Shown here: positions 40,834 to 49,914 of the stretch, one piece after another
How the letters are laid out: each line of letters starts with the position of its first letter
How positions within the stretch are numbered: position 1 is the stretch's first letter
Virus record (IMG/VR): IMGVR_UViG_3300029615_000411
Span: 55,874-119,873 of that record
Reading direction: 5' to 3' (one strand)
DNA: 64,000 nucleotides
From: a virus
Taxonomy: Duplodnaviria > Heunggongvirae > Uroviricota > Caudoviricetes
Translations under genes and position numbers: made by a program
Notes under the pieces: model-generated
What the model was told of the DNA's origin: nothing
What the model saw: the letters and a program-made list of their open reading frames with translations, nothing else
The model's database searches: none

Positions 40834-40966
40834 AATGCTGAGAATAATACAGACGGCATACATAGTGCTCTGCCAACTGAGCTACACTCGAAATTTCGAG
40901 CGGCAGGACTCGAACCTGCGACCTCTCGTTTATCAGACGAAGTAACCGTCAATCCGCATCAGCATT
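40834..40966 (-). ncRNA. YrlA-like Y RNA with circularly permuted tRNA domain
   Basis: T arm GCAGG-TTCGAGT-CCTGC, loop-closed acceptor-like stem, then D arm GCTC-AGTTGGCA-GAGC, inside terminal stem AATGCTGA/TCAGCATT; just downstream of TROVE gene. Confidence 0.85.
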
Positions 40967-40980
40967 GTTTTCATCAAAAA

Positions 40981-41094
40981 GACCGAGAATATCGAAATCG
41001 GAAGAGAAAGTGCTCCTGCACAGTGCAGCAGCCCAGTTTAAGGAAATGATTTCATGTCATCTATTATAGAAGTATCCGATTTCCCGCTTCGGTC
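40981..41094 (-). ncRNA. Y-RNA-like RNA (Y2)
   Basis: GACCGA/TCGGTC terminal stem, AAATCGG/CCGATTT stem, TACTTC motif; starts 10 nt after TROVE stop. Confidence 0.75.
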
Positions 41095-41103
41095 CTGTAT
41101 GGA

Positions 41104-42768
41104 TTAGATGTTTTGCTTTGCTTCGATAGCATCCCATTCTTTGATGACGGCATCAGCGAAGACGCTCTCGCGCCCTGTCCAACCGTACATCAGATTGGTT
41201 CTGTAGGCGTATTTCGGAATGACGACATTGCTGTACCCTGCAGTCTGAATGCTGAACACATTGACCTTGGGATTGACTTTTTTGCGGTATTCCTGAACGA
41301 GTTTGAACACATTGATGTAGCTGCCAAAGCATCCGTTTCCGGTCGCAAACCCTCGCTTGCTATAAGCTAAACACTGTTCCTGAGTACCATACAAGCCACC
41401 CGTTCCGGCTTGCTGGTCGGAGTAGATAAAGATGTTGTCCCAGTGTTCTTTGTTACGGATGGCGTTATTGAAGAACTCCCAGATGCCGCCTTCCGTAGAC
41501 ATGCCAACATCTGTACCATGGTCACGAGAAATGGCTTTCGCTTGTTCCAGAATGCCGACTTTCTTTCTGGTGTCGAAAACCTTTAGCTTATCGCCAAACT
41601 TTCCGACATATCCTTCATCGCTGCAAGCGGATGTGATAACAGAAGAAAGGTTGTCAATTTCAGCAACGGTCACGCTGCCATATTCGGTAGGGATGGTTCC
41701 CCATGCACTGCCGCTATTATCAGAAAGACACATAGTCTTTCCTTTTAGCTTCGGCATATTCGCAAGAGAAATATCGATACATGCATCGAGCGCATCAAGA
41801 ATCTTACCCTTGTGATTGCAGGAACTGTTTTCTACCGCCATATATGCGCTGTAGTAACGGAACGGGAACTGTTTTCCTTTTTCAACGCCCGCTACGAGCG
41901 CAGCGAGGTATTCGTCACAGAACGCAGCATCATTGACTTCGGTGAATACGCCGCGCAGATTGCGCAGCAGAGCCATATGACCCATGTTCACGGAATGGAA
42001 AATAGTCTTCCAATCGGTGCCAGCAGAGCGCATGGCTTCCCAAGTTTTCTTATCATCTGACACGATAACCTTTCCGGTCTGCATCAGTTCGTCCAATACC
42101 TGAGAGTGAGCATGCGTAATACGAACGGCATCAATCATACCGATTTCATGCTGCTTGTACTTGTTTACCTCGTATGCAGAACTTGCACTGAGACGCTTAG
42201 CCAAGGCTCTTTTCAGAACGCTCGGCATATTTGCTTTTACACCACCATTGAGGTAAATGTAGTAAGCGATTTGGGACATCGGTTCGTCAGCGCGACGCAT
42301 AACGATTTGCTCGACCTCACCAAATTTTCCTTTATGGCTATCCGCATACTCTTTCCGCTTGGGATGCACAGCAGCACGAACCATAATGACCTGAGGATTC
42401 AGACGCATATTATAATGCAATCTCAATTCCTTTGCCCATTCTAACACACCGTCAAAATCATAGTCAAGAGCTGCGTCAATAGCATCTTCCATGATTTCGG
42501 TTGTGGTCTTCCCGCTTTCATCATTCAACATGGAAAAATCCCGAAGCAGCGGATGAACATTGTATTTTTCGTCAACCACTCTTACGCCAAGCCCGCCGTC
42601 ACGGTAATAGGAAGGCTCTGCAAAAATAGAACTCGCTGTGATTAACTTAAGCGTATCGAGCGGATTTACCTTATAGGAATCACCGCCCATAAAGTTGGTA
42701 ACTACTTCGTCACGACGAAGCAGATTTTCACTGCGAAGAGCGTTTGCAGCTTTTCCAATCTTGCCCAT
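41104..42768 (-). CDS. rsr: TROVE-domain RNA-binding protein (Ro60/Rsr)
   Basis: RRADE, KY, TWE, MALLRNL, FPFRY..AY and C-terminal VWA DNSGS...SDQQ. Confidence 0.92.
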   Translation of the reverse strand: MGKIGKAANALRSENLLRRDEVVTNFMGGDSYKVNPLDTLKLITASSIFAEPSYYRDGGLGVRVVDEKYNVHPLLRDFSMLNDESGKTTTEIMEDAIDAALDYDFDGVLEWAKELRLHYNMRLNPQVIMVRAAVHPKRKEYADSHKGKFGEVEQIVMRRADEPMSQIAYYIYLNGGVKANMPSVLKRALAKRLSASSAYEVNKYKQHEIGMIDAVRITHAHSQVLDELMQTGKVIVSDDKKTWEAMRSAGTDWKTIFHSVNMGHMALLRNLRGVFTEVNDAAFCDEYLAALVAGVEKGKQFPFRYYSAYMAVENSSCNHKGKILDALDACIDISLANMPKLKGKTMCLSDNSGSAWGTIPTEYGSVTVAEIDNLSSVITSACSDEGYVGKFGDKLKVFDTRKKVGILEQAKAISRDHGTDVGMSTEGGIWEFFNNAIRNKEHWDNIFIYSDQQAGTGGLYGTQEQCLAYSKRGFATGNGCFGSYINVFKLVQEYRKKVNPKVNVFSIQTAGYSNVVIPKYAYRTNLMYGWTGRESVFADAVIKEWDAIEAKQNI

Positions 42769-42807
42769 GAACAGGCTCCTTTCAAAATATGCTCTTTGTT
42801 GGTGTAT

Positions 42808-42840
42808 TTATATTATACCACACAATGCATAATTAGTCAA
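42808..42840 (-). promoter_or_regulatory. Class II sigmaA promoter of rsr-Y RNA operon
   Basis: TTGACT-N17-TATAAT. Confidence 0.8.
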
Positions 42841-43583
42841 TCTAAAATGTGCGAAATATGATACCCGCCATCGCACAAAATACTTTCGATAGCAGGCCAC
42901 GCATCAACACTTATTGCACGAATCTTAGAATCGCTTGTTGCCCACGAATACAGCATAAAAATATTTCTGGTTTGAGTATCAGTCTTCTGGACGCTTACAT
43001 ACACCAAGGAATCTGATTTTTTAACAGTAATGTCTTCTCCGTTGGTACCGTTGATTCCATACAAACAGAACATCTCTTCTGCGCTGCTGTAAGTGCCGCT
43101 GTTTACAGTATCCTTAACATACTGTCCACCACCACTCATAGGTGTAAGCCTAAGAGGGTTATCCCCTCTCAGAAACCTGACATTGCCAATCTGACAAGAA
43201 GCGTAATTGCAGCTGCATAAGCGGTTTGTCTTGTGGTACATAATACCTGTCTTTAAGAGGATAGAATAAACGTCCTCGGTCATTTGATATATGGTTTTCG
43301 TAAACCACTTTTCTAATGGATAAATTCTGTCGAAGGCAAGGAGGTTATTTTTAAAATTGTTCTTGAATGCCTGAACGGAAACAGTGCATTCTCCTGTATC
43401 CGTTGTGTCACACAGAGAAGCTACGGCAGATTGAATGGATGCACTATATGCAACTCGAGTGACCCATTCGGACTCTGTTTCCTGTTCGTCTTTTTCGATG
43501 TGCAGGTCTTTACTGACCTTTTTAATGAAATCAATTGCTTTTCCCATAAATAGAATTGGCTCGCCGTTTTGCCGACGAGCCAC
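42837..43583 (-). CDS. Hypothetical protein (possibly DruD-like, truncated)
   Basis: AAGGAG RBS, last gene of three-gene operon. Confidence 0.65.
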   Translation of the reverse strand: MARRQNGEPILFMGKAIDFIKKVSKDLHIEKDEQETESEWVTRVAYSASIQSAVASLCDTTDTGECTVSVQAFKNNFKNNLLAFDRIYPLEKWFTKTIYQMTEDVYSILLKTGIMYHKTNRLCSCNYASCQIGNVRFLRGDNPLRLTPMSGGGQYVKDTVNSGTYSSAEEMFCLYGINGTNGEDITVKKSDSLVYVSVQKTDTQTRNIFMLYSWATSDSKIRAISVDAWPAIESILCDGGYHISHILD

Positions 43584-43590
43584 ACTCCTT

Positions 43591-45576
43591 TCAATTCTGC
43601 GTCAATGCTTTGTACGGTTCGATAATGTTCTCGGTCACAAAAGACTCGATATCGGCTTCGTTACCGGAAATAGAAGCGGCATTCCCTTCAATGTAAGCGA
43701 GGTTTCTCACAAACAGCTTTGACGCACTCATTGCCATAAGTTCGTCCGCCCTCTTTGAACCCTTTACCGTAGGAACATATGCTTCAAAGCTATCCGAAAG
43801 ACACGCACCCGTTACACCATTCATATCTGCCAGATTATCAACGGTATTAACGGTACTGATAGGACAGCAATAGCTGTAAAGGCTGGACGCTTCGATACTG
43901 ATATCTTCAATGAATGGATGCACGAATACAATCAGACATTTTGCTTGATTCAGTTCCTGAAGCAGAGAAATCATCCAATCGCTGCCAAAGGCATTTGTGA
44001 CCACAAGAACACCGGTACTCTTATAAGATTCCCGGATAATCCCAATATCACAAGGGCCATCACACTGCAGCTGATTGGCATACTTGCCGGTAACGCTAAG
44101 CGATAATGTGTCTGCAATTTCCTTTGAGGACGGGCCCATTAACAGCAAGGGAAGCTTATTGACGTAGGCCGAATAAAGCACCGATGCCATTGCGTGTTTG
44201 CTCTCATGCGAAACACCGGCATACGGGAGATTGTTTTCAAGGAGCGACAAGCAATCCTTATAGGACTTAACTGTATTAGAGTAATGGAATGCCTTTTCTC
44301 CATGCTCAAACAAATTCTGAGAGAGGTTTCTGTCACCTCGAACTCCCATGGCAATCTTATGCCTTGCATAGAATGCGGCGATATCATCATCTGCCTCGGA
44401 AATATACTGCTGAACATTTTTCTTGATGTCGTTTACAAGAGAAGCGTTTTTCTTAACGGAAGACTCCAATACAGAAAGCTCATCTTTCTTTTTCTCGATG
44501 AGTTGTTCTGCGGCATTGATTTGAGTCTGCCGTTCCTTACACTGATTATCCAGTTCAGAAATCTTCTCCTATGCTGCTTTAATGGAATCAGCATTTTCCT
44601 GCCGCCACATTTCGGCTCCGATATTCATGCACTTTTCACGGAGATTTTTGGAATTCCACAACAGAGCCTCGATAACATCACCCGACAGTTCTTCGCCGCT
44701 GAAATATTCATCGGCACGATTGACTACACGATTCGTCCACTGTTTGGCTTCCTCGTAAGAGCATGACAACTCAGTCCTTACGCGTTCATACAAATTACTC
44801 GTGTCGATGTGCTGGATGAAGTTTTTGAGTGTGTGCAGCGATGCGTTCGTGAGTTTCCCTTGCTGACTGATTTCCTTCGCATATTTGGAGTAATTTCCCC
44901 ATGTAAAGGCTTCTTCCAGAACGATATCCTTGATGATTTCGCCGACACTCTTTGTATGCGCACGGGTTACGGGAAAATCAAGGCTGCTCTTATCCAGAAC
45001 CTCACAATATGCCAGATTACGACATTCATAGGGAATATTATCCAAAACAATAAGGTCACTGGGACTGATATCGTACACGCTCAGGCTTTTCACAGTCGGC
45101 TGCAAAATATATTTGTCTCCTGCAACCTTCAAATCGCCCTTCTGGCAAAGAATGCCCTGCAGTCTTCCAATGCCAGTATTGAAAACATAAAGGATATCAT
45201 TATCGGAATCTCCGAAAGGCATACCTTTCTTCAAATCTTCAATAACATCTTCTTTGCTTTCCGCCTTTGTACGGAATACCTTGATGATTTCTTTGTCAAT
45301 GGGAGTAAGGCAGCAAAAAACCTTAGTGCTATCGTTGATGTTTGACTCATCGTGCCATGCCACAACAGCAACATCGCCGGCCTTGACATAAGATTCTTCT
45401 CCGACTCTGAGGCGAGGGAAACTCTTCCGGTTTTCGTATTCGTAAGGCAGGTCATTGTCTGCTTCAAACGGAATGAATTTGCCATCTTTCAGGTCAGCAA
45501 GGCGTCTCCACGGCCAACCAAAGCCGTCGTTTCCTGTACACATGCACAGAGAAATAATATTTTCATTTTGCTCCAA
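43591..45576 (-). pseudogene. Single ~660-codon gene split by in-frame TAG at 44569-44571
   Basis: Both ORFs are in the same frame; a coiled coil reads through (IKAA*EKISELDNQ...DELSVLESS); degenerate P-loop LLLMGPSS. Confidence 0.8.
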
Positions 45577-47071
45577 AATGCGTCACGCTCCTTAAAGATT
45601 TTACCGGAAATTCACCGGCATATATTGATTTTCTCATTGCCGCTTTTTCCTTCTCTGTCATATAGGAATTAGAAGCGACCTTACCGTACAAATAATTGAC
45701 TCGCGCAGGTTTTTTCGAAAACACAGAAATACCGTGTACTTTTTCCTGTACATCAACAGAAAGCGTTCTGACTGCATCGCATCCCTGCGTTACAATGATT
45801 TCACTGTCGGAATCTACATGAATTTTTTTCTGTTCCCCATTTTTAATGGGGATAATTTCCTTTGTCTGTGAATCCTGACGAATAATAATCTGACCATCAT
45901 AACAGACGCTTACCAACAATGTTCGATTCTTAGGAAACTTCTTGATGCTACTTTCTTCAATAACATTCCCCTCTGTATCACTGATGACAACATCCGCATC
46001 GATTCTCTTCTTGGCGAATCCGTGTTTCCAAAGCATTAAATGATAACCGCATTCACGCATATTATTGTTCTGGAAGGTTGCAGCCATTTGCTGGAATTCT
46101 TTTGTTTTTGCCTTGAAGAAACTACAACTGCCATCCGATTTTTCGTCTGTGAATTTAGGAAGCATCTGAAGAGAGATTTTATTGTCTGGACAATTATGTG
46201 CAATATAGACTTCATTACTATCGTGGTAATAGGTCTCATCTACATTGACAACAGGAGGCCAGAGCACTTTCATATCGATTGGGTCTTTTACAAGATTCAA
46301 GCTGAACGGCAAAAAGAATGCTGTTGTGTCGTATGTGATGCTTCGCACCCTCACTTTATACACGCGCCAAATATCACCGTTCAGGCCAATCTTCAAAACT
46401 TCGTTTGTGTTCATAGATGGACGACCATACTCAAATCCCTTTCTGAGCATGTAATAATCATGCTCAGCATAAACTTCATCTCCTTCATAAAGTCTGCGCC
46501 CACCATACGAATCAAAGAATGTTCCGGCAGGATTGATACCTGCAATAATTTCAGGCCAATTTGGATATCGGGACTCCGTTTTGATTTTATAAGAATTGGC
46601 GATATCCTTATTAAGGTCTAACCATACCAGTCCGGAGGCGGCTTCATTTCTGATTGTGTATTCATGTCCGCCCTCTCGCTTTCCCTGTACAGTCACTTTT
46701 ATATCCTTGGTCTTGATTGCACATTGAGGAATACCAATAGAAAGATTGAGGTCCGTGTCGTATAAGGCTAAACGCAGGGGAAAATCGTATGTATTATACT
46801 GTACGATTTCACATTCGGCATTTCTTGCTACTCTTTCCTCACAGGTCTTATCCTCTTCTCCTCTGCTATGTTTAAAATGACGCACATTGATGCCGTCTTT
46901 AGTAAAAGAGACATATTGACCGCAGCATTCGCAGATAAATTGGCGTGTCCCCGCTGGAACGGATTGCTTTGGAAACAATGCCTCTGCTTCCTCTGCCGTG
47001 ACATGTTTCCACCCGCTATCACCGTATTTCATACTTACATGAGTTAACGCTGGTCCCATAAACAACCTCAC
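45563..47071 (-). CDS. Protein with N-terminal CoiA-like zinc finger
   Basis: FICECCGQYV...HFKH...CEE. Confidence 0.7.
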   Translation of the reverse strand: MRLFMGPALTHVSMKYGDSGWKHVTAEEAEALFPKQSVPAGTRQFICECCGQYVSFTKDGINVRHFKHSRGEEDKTCEERVARNAECEIVQYNTYDFPLRLALYDTDLNLSIGIPQCAIKTKDIKVTVQGKREGGHEYTIRNEAASGLVWLDLNKDIANSYKIKTESRYPNWPEIIAGINPAGTFFDSYGGRRLYEGDEVYAEHDYYMLRKGFEYGRPSMNTNEVLKIGLNGDIWRVYKVRVRSITYDTTAFFLPFSLNLVKDPIDMKVLWPPVVNVDETYYHDSNEVYIAHNCPDNKISLQMLPKFTDEKSDGSCSFFKAKTKEFQQMAATFQNNNMRECGYHLMLWKHGFAKKRIDADVVISDTEGNVIEESSIKKFPKNRTLLVSVCYDGQIIIRQDSQTKEIIPIKNGEQKKIHVDSDSEIIVTQGCDAVRTLSVDVQEKVHGISVFSKKPARVNYLYGKVASNSYMTEKEKAAMRKSIYAGEFPVKSLRSVTHFGAK

Positions 47072-47252
47072 TTGCTATCTTATCATCTATTTATATTATA
47101 CCACAAATAGCGTTGATGGTCAATCAACAAAGACAAAAAGAATGCCATCATATGCTAAAATTGCCCCACAGAGATTTAACGAAAGATACGATATCTACGC
47201 TACTCTCTATGGGGCAAATCTTATGGGTGAAGGTGAAATTTTCACGCTCTTA

Positions 47253-47328
47253 TGGAGCTTGATGGCAGACTCGAACTGCCGACTTGCGCATTACGAATGC
47301 GCTACTCTACCAACTGAGTCAATCAAGC
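47253..47328 (-). tRNA. tRNA-Thr(CGT)
   Basis: Loop TTCGTAA, CCA end. Confidence 0.92.
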
Positions 47329-47334
47329 ACAGTA

Positions 47335-47406
47335 TCGAGAAGACAGGATTCGAACCTGTGGCCTCCGCCTTATCAGGGCGTTGCGCCACCACTGCGCCAC
47401 TTCTCG
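47335..47406 (-). tRNA. tRNA-Ile(GAT), CCA not encoded
   Basis: Loop CTGATAA; acceptor CGAGAAG/CTTCTCG then A-TAC. Confidence 0.8.
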
Positions 47407-47418
47407 AAAAAAATATGG

Positions 47419-47908
47419 GTGAACCCTTTTAGCCCCATTATATCGCTCGTTTGAATAGGTGGTCGGCCCCGATACGATACCTTCGTAGTGCTTCGGGGGC
47501 ACATCAATTCCGTCAGTGCTGACTGGGCACTACTTGGGCCTTGATATACTCTCATTTGACTACAGGTCAACTTCAAATTACCCGTTGTCGATATCTCTTT
47601 GTACGAGAACAACAACTATTGGGTCTCTGGACTTCCATTGCTGGATTTCTACGGTGTTTTTGCCTATACAGGTTTTTAACATAACCCTCGTGGCGACCAC
47701 AGCCGTCAATCAGGGGCTCCTCCTTTGTAGACATTGGGCTCGTGAGCCCGGTTCCGGTTGTCCCAATCCGTACCATGCACTTATGAGGCTGCGTCTTACT
47801 TACCAGAGAACCGTGCAGCAGCCTTTTTGACAATACGGTCTATCGCGTCTGGAGACGCCCCGGCTTAACGGGGACGCACGTCTGCGTGCTTAATGGGGTA
47901 GGATTCAT
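47419..47908 (-). ncRNA. Candidate ~490-nt ornate structured RNA
   Basis: Terminal stem GAATCCT-ACCCCATTA/TAATGGGG...AGGGTTC; many internal hairpins; no credible ORF; inside tRNA operon. Confidence 0.65.
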
Positions 47909-48257
47909 AAGTTCTGAGCGATGGCCCAGAGGGAGCACCTACCCACACGGCTCCCTAATAAGACATTCGTCAACGACTTTTGAAGCTGTTGTCCACCACC
48001 CGCCGCGTGGAGGCTGTCTTTATGGGTGGCAGAGCATGTCAGCCAAAACCAACATGCCCTCCGAACCAGATGTGGACTGGTCCAGTTCGATGGGCGCTAC
48101 CCATCACGACGTTTTAAGACAGGAGCTGCCTGTCATCAGGTGAATCAATGCATCGGAGTGACCCTTTCGTTGATTTTGACAATCGGACGCGGTAATTACT
48201 GCATCGGAGTGTCCTCCCTGTTTTATTTAACCGGTTAGAATTGCTTCCAACAGGTTA

Positions 48258-48348
48258 TGGCTCTGGCAAGTGGAGTTGAACCACCTTTTCCCGTGCGCTG
48301 CGGGCGAATTAACCATGGTGCATTGCAACCGTCGTATTCGATACCAGA
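48258..48348 (-). ncRNA. Aberrant tRNA-like RNA with expanded D loop
   Basis: Acceptor TCTGGTA/TGCCAGA-G-CCA, T arm with TTCAACT, 26-nt D loop, non-canonical loop CAGCGCA. Confidence 0.7.
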
Positions 48349-48525
48349 ATATTTCGGCCGTTTTGTGTCCGACCGATTGACATGAGCGGGATTGGCAGTA
48401 TCACACCACCGCATTGAGCCTACGCTTCGCTCTTGTGCTACACCCCGATGATGACCAATCCACAACACAAGATTGGTTGGCTGTACGGATTGGTGAATAG
48501 TCAGTTTAACGTCATGGCTTGGACG

Positions 48526-48600
48526 TGGTTGCGGGGACAGGACTCGAACCTGTAACCATCGGCTTATGAGACCGATAAGCTACCATTGCTATACCCCGTA
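48526..48600 (-). tRNA. tRNA-Met(CAT), initiator-like
   Basis: Loop CTCATAA; 3' CCCCGCAACCA as in tRNA-fMet. Confidence 0.85.
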
Positions 48601-48670
48601 TTGCAGAAGACATTAACTGCATATATGCAGTTCCCACTCGCCAATCTTGGCTGTCTTCGTGAGTGGCTTA

Positions 48671-48747
48671 TGGCGACCCGAATCGGACTTGAACCGACAA
48701 CTTCCAGCGTGACAGGCTGGTGCTCTAACCAGTTGAACTATCGGGCC
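48671..48747 (-). tRNA. tRNA-Asp(GTC)
   Basis: Loop CTGTCAC, G73. Confidence 0.93.
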
Positions 48748-48781
48748 ATATTAGCGGAAAAATCCGCTTGTGTGTTATCCT

Positions 48782-49174
48782 TTACAGGACATCAGTGGAA
48801 CGAAATGAGCCATACTCGGCAGTTTCGCGTTTCCAGTCTTCTTTCACGATGACCATTCTGTCATCATAAACGATTTCATCGGAAAGAAGATTTTCGTCGA
48901 TTCCCGCTGCTCGAAGGCAATTCAGAAGATTGTAGGGGCCAGTGCCTCTGAACCCGGCACAGAAACCACTTACTTCGACGACAAACTCGCCAAGATGAAC
49001 AGCAAGACCTTCCTTGAAAACGAGTTTGAGAACAACGGAACGATTATCCTCGCTGTTTTTGTCGCGTGAAACAGAAACATCGATGATGTTCTCTTTACCG
49101 AACTTTTCAATCAGCGCTGTGGTAATCGCTTCCAACTGAATGGTGTCAGTGTTGGTGATGTGAATGTTTACCAT
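48782..49174 (-). CDS. Hypothetical protein within tRNA operon
   Basis: GAGG RBS before MVNIH; SGF.AG..GTGP motif. Confidence 0.7.
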   Translation of the reverse strand: MVNIHITNTDTIQLEAITTALIEKFGKENIIDVSVSRDKNSEDNRSVVLKLVFKEGLAVHLGEFVVEVSGFCAGFRGTGPYNLLNCLRAAGIDENLLSDEIVYDDRMVIVKEDWKRETAEYGSFRSTDVL

Positions 49175-49199
49175 GATTGCTTGTAACCTCATTTCTAAA

Positions 49200-49275
49200 T
49201 GGTGGAAGCAAAGGGATTCGAACCCTCGACCCCCTGCTTGCAAAGCAGGTGCTCTCCCAACTGAGCTATGCCCCC
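49200..49275 (-). tRNA. tRNA-Ala(TGC)
   Basis: Loop TTTGCAA, G3-U70. Confidence 0.94.
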
Positions 49276-49308
49276 ATGATTGGCAGACGCTCTGCCGATG
49301 TGGAAATT

Positions 49309-49383
49309 TGGAGGAGTATATCGGAATCGAACCGACGCCACCTGCTTGGAAGGCAGGGATACTAACCGCTATACGAATACTCC
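49309..49383 (-). tRNA. tRNA-Gly(TCC)
   Basis: Loop CTTCCAA, U73. Confidence 0.92.
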
Positions 49384-49384
49384 A

Positions 49385-49460
49385 TGGAGCTCCTGACAGG
49401 AATCGAACCTGCAACCTGTTGATTACAAAACAACTGCTCTGCCTGTTGAGCTACAGAAGC
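49385..49460 (-). tRNA. tRNA-Thr(TGT)
   Basis: Loop TTTGTAA. Confidence 0.92.
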
Positions 49461-49525
49461 ATGATGGCAGCAAGAATACTGCCGCTGTTATGGAAAGGGA
49501 TAGGAGAAGCGTTTTATAAACGCCT

Positions 49526-49600
49526 TGGTGACCTGTACGGGAATCGAACCCATGTTACAGCCGTGAAAGGGCCGTGTCTTGACCGCTTGACCAACAGGCC
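49526..49600 (-). tRNA. tRNA-Glu(TTC)
   Basis: Loop CTTTCAC. Confidence 0.93.
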
Positions 49601-49864
49601 ATATAAAGACAGACTTTTTCCCGTCTGTCATGGGTGCATGCAGCCTTTTACACTGCACATGCCGTCTTGCTGCACAAATGCAGCAGTTACGTTTGGAAGG
49701 CTTGCAAGGTGTTGAGTAAAAATGCTCGGGCCTTAAACCGAGGGCGGGGACTCAACCCTTGATTTCTCGCAGCATGAGGTTGTGAAAGGAAATTCCCCGC
49801 CTCTACACGACTCTCCTAACAGGAAGCGCGATAACAACAAGGGAAGCGTTCCTCGTTGCTATAC

Positions 49865-49897
49865 TTATATTATACCATAAAATCATTAGGTAGTCAA
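49865..49897 (-). promoter_or_regulatory. Class II sigmaA promoter for second tRNA/ncRNA operon
   Basis: TTGACT-N17-TATAAT. Confidence 0.8.
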
Positions 49898-49914
49898 TCA
49901 TAAATTTTCGAAGA

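Noticed and set aside
44569..44571. Genome-wide TAG recoding (genetic code 15), suggested by this in-frame TAG and TAGs near 230-312
   Set aside because: Long genes (recG, topB, nrdD, VWA, AAA) have no internal TAG, TAG ends 63223-63663, and no CUA-anticodon tRNA is in the window. The 1-420 region also needs frameshifts, which points to decay.
47419..47908. RNase P RNA identity
   Set aside because: Only a weak GGAAGTCC match; the full GAGGAAAGUCC and the matching 3' P4 strand were not found.
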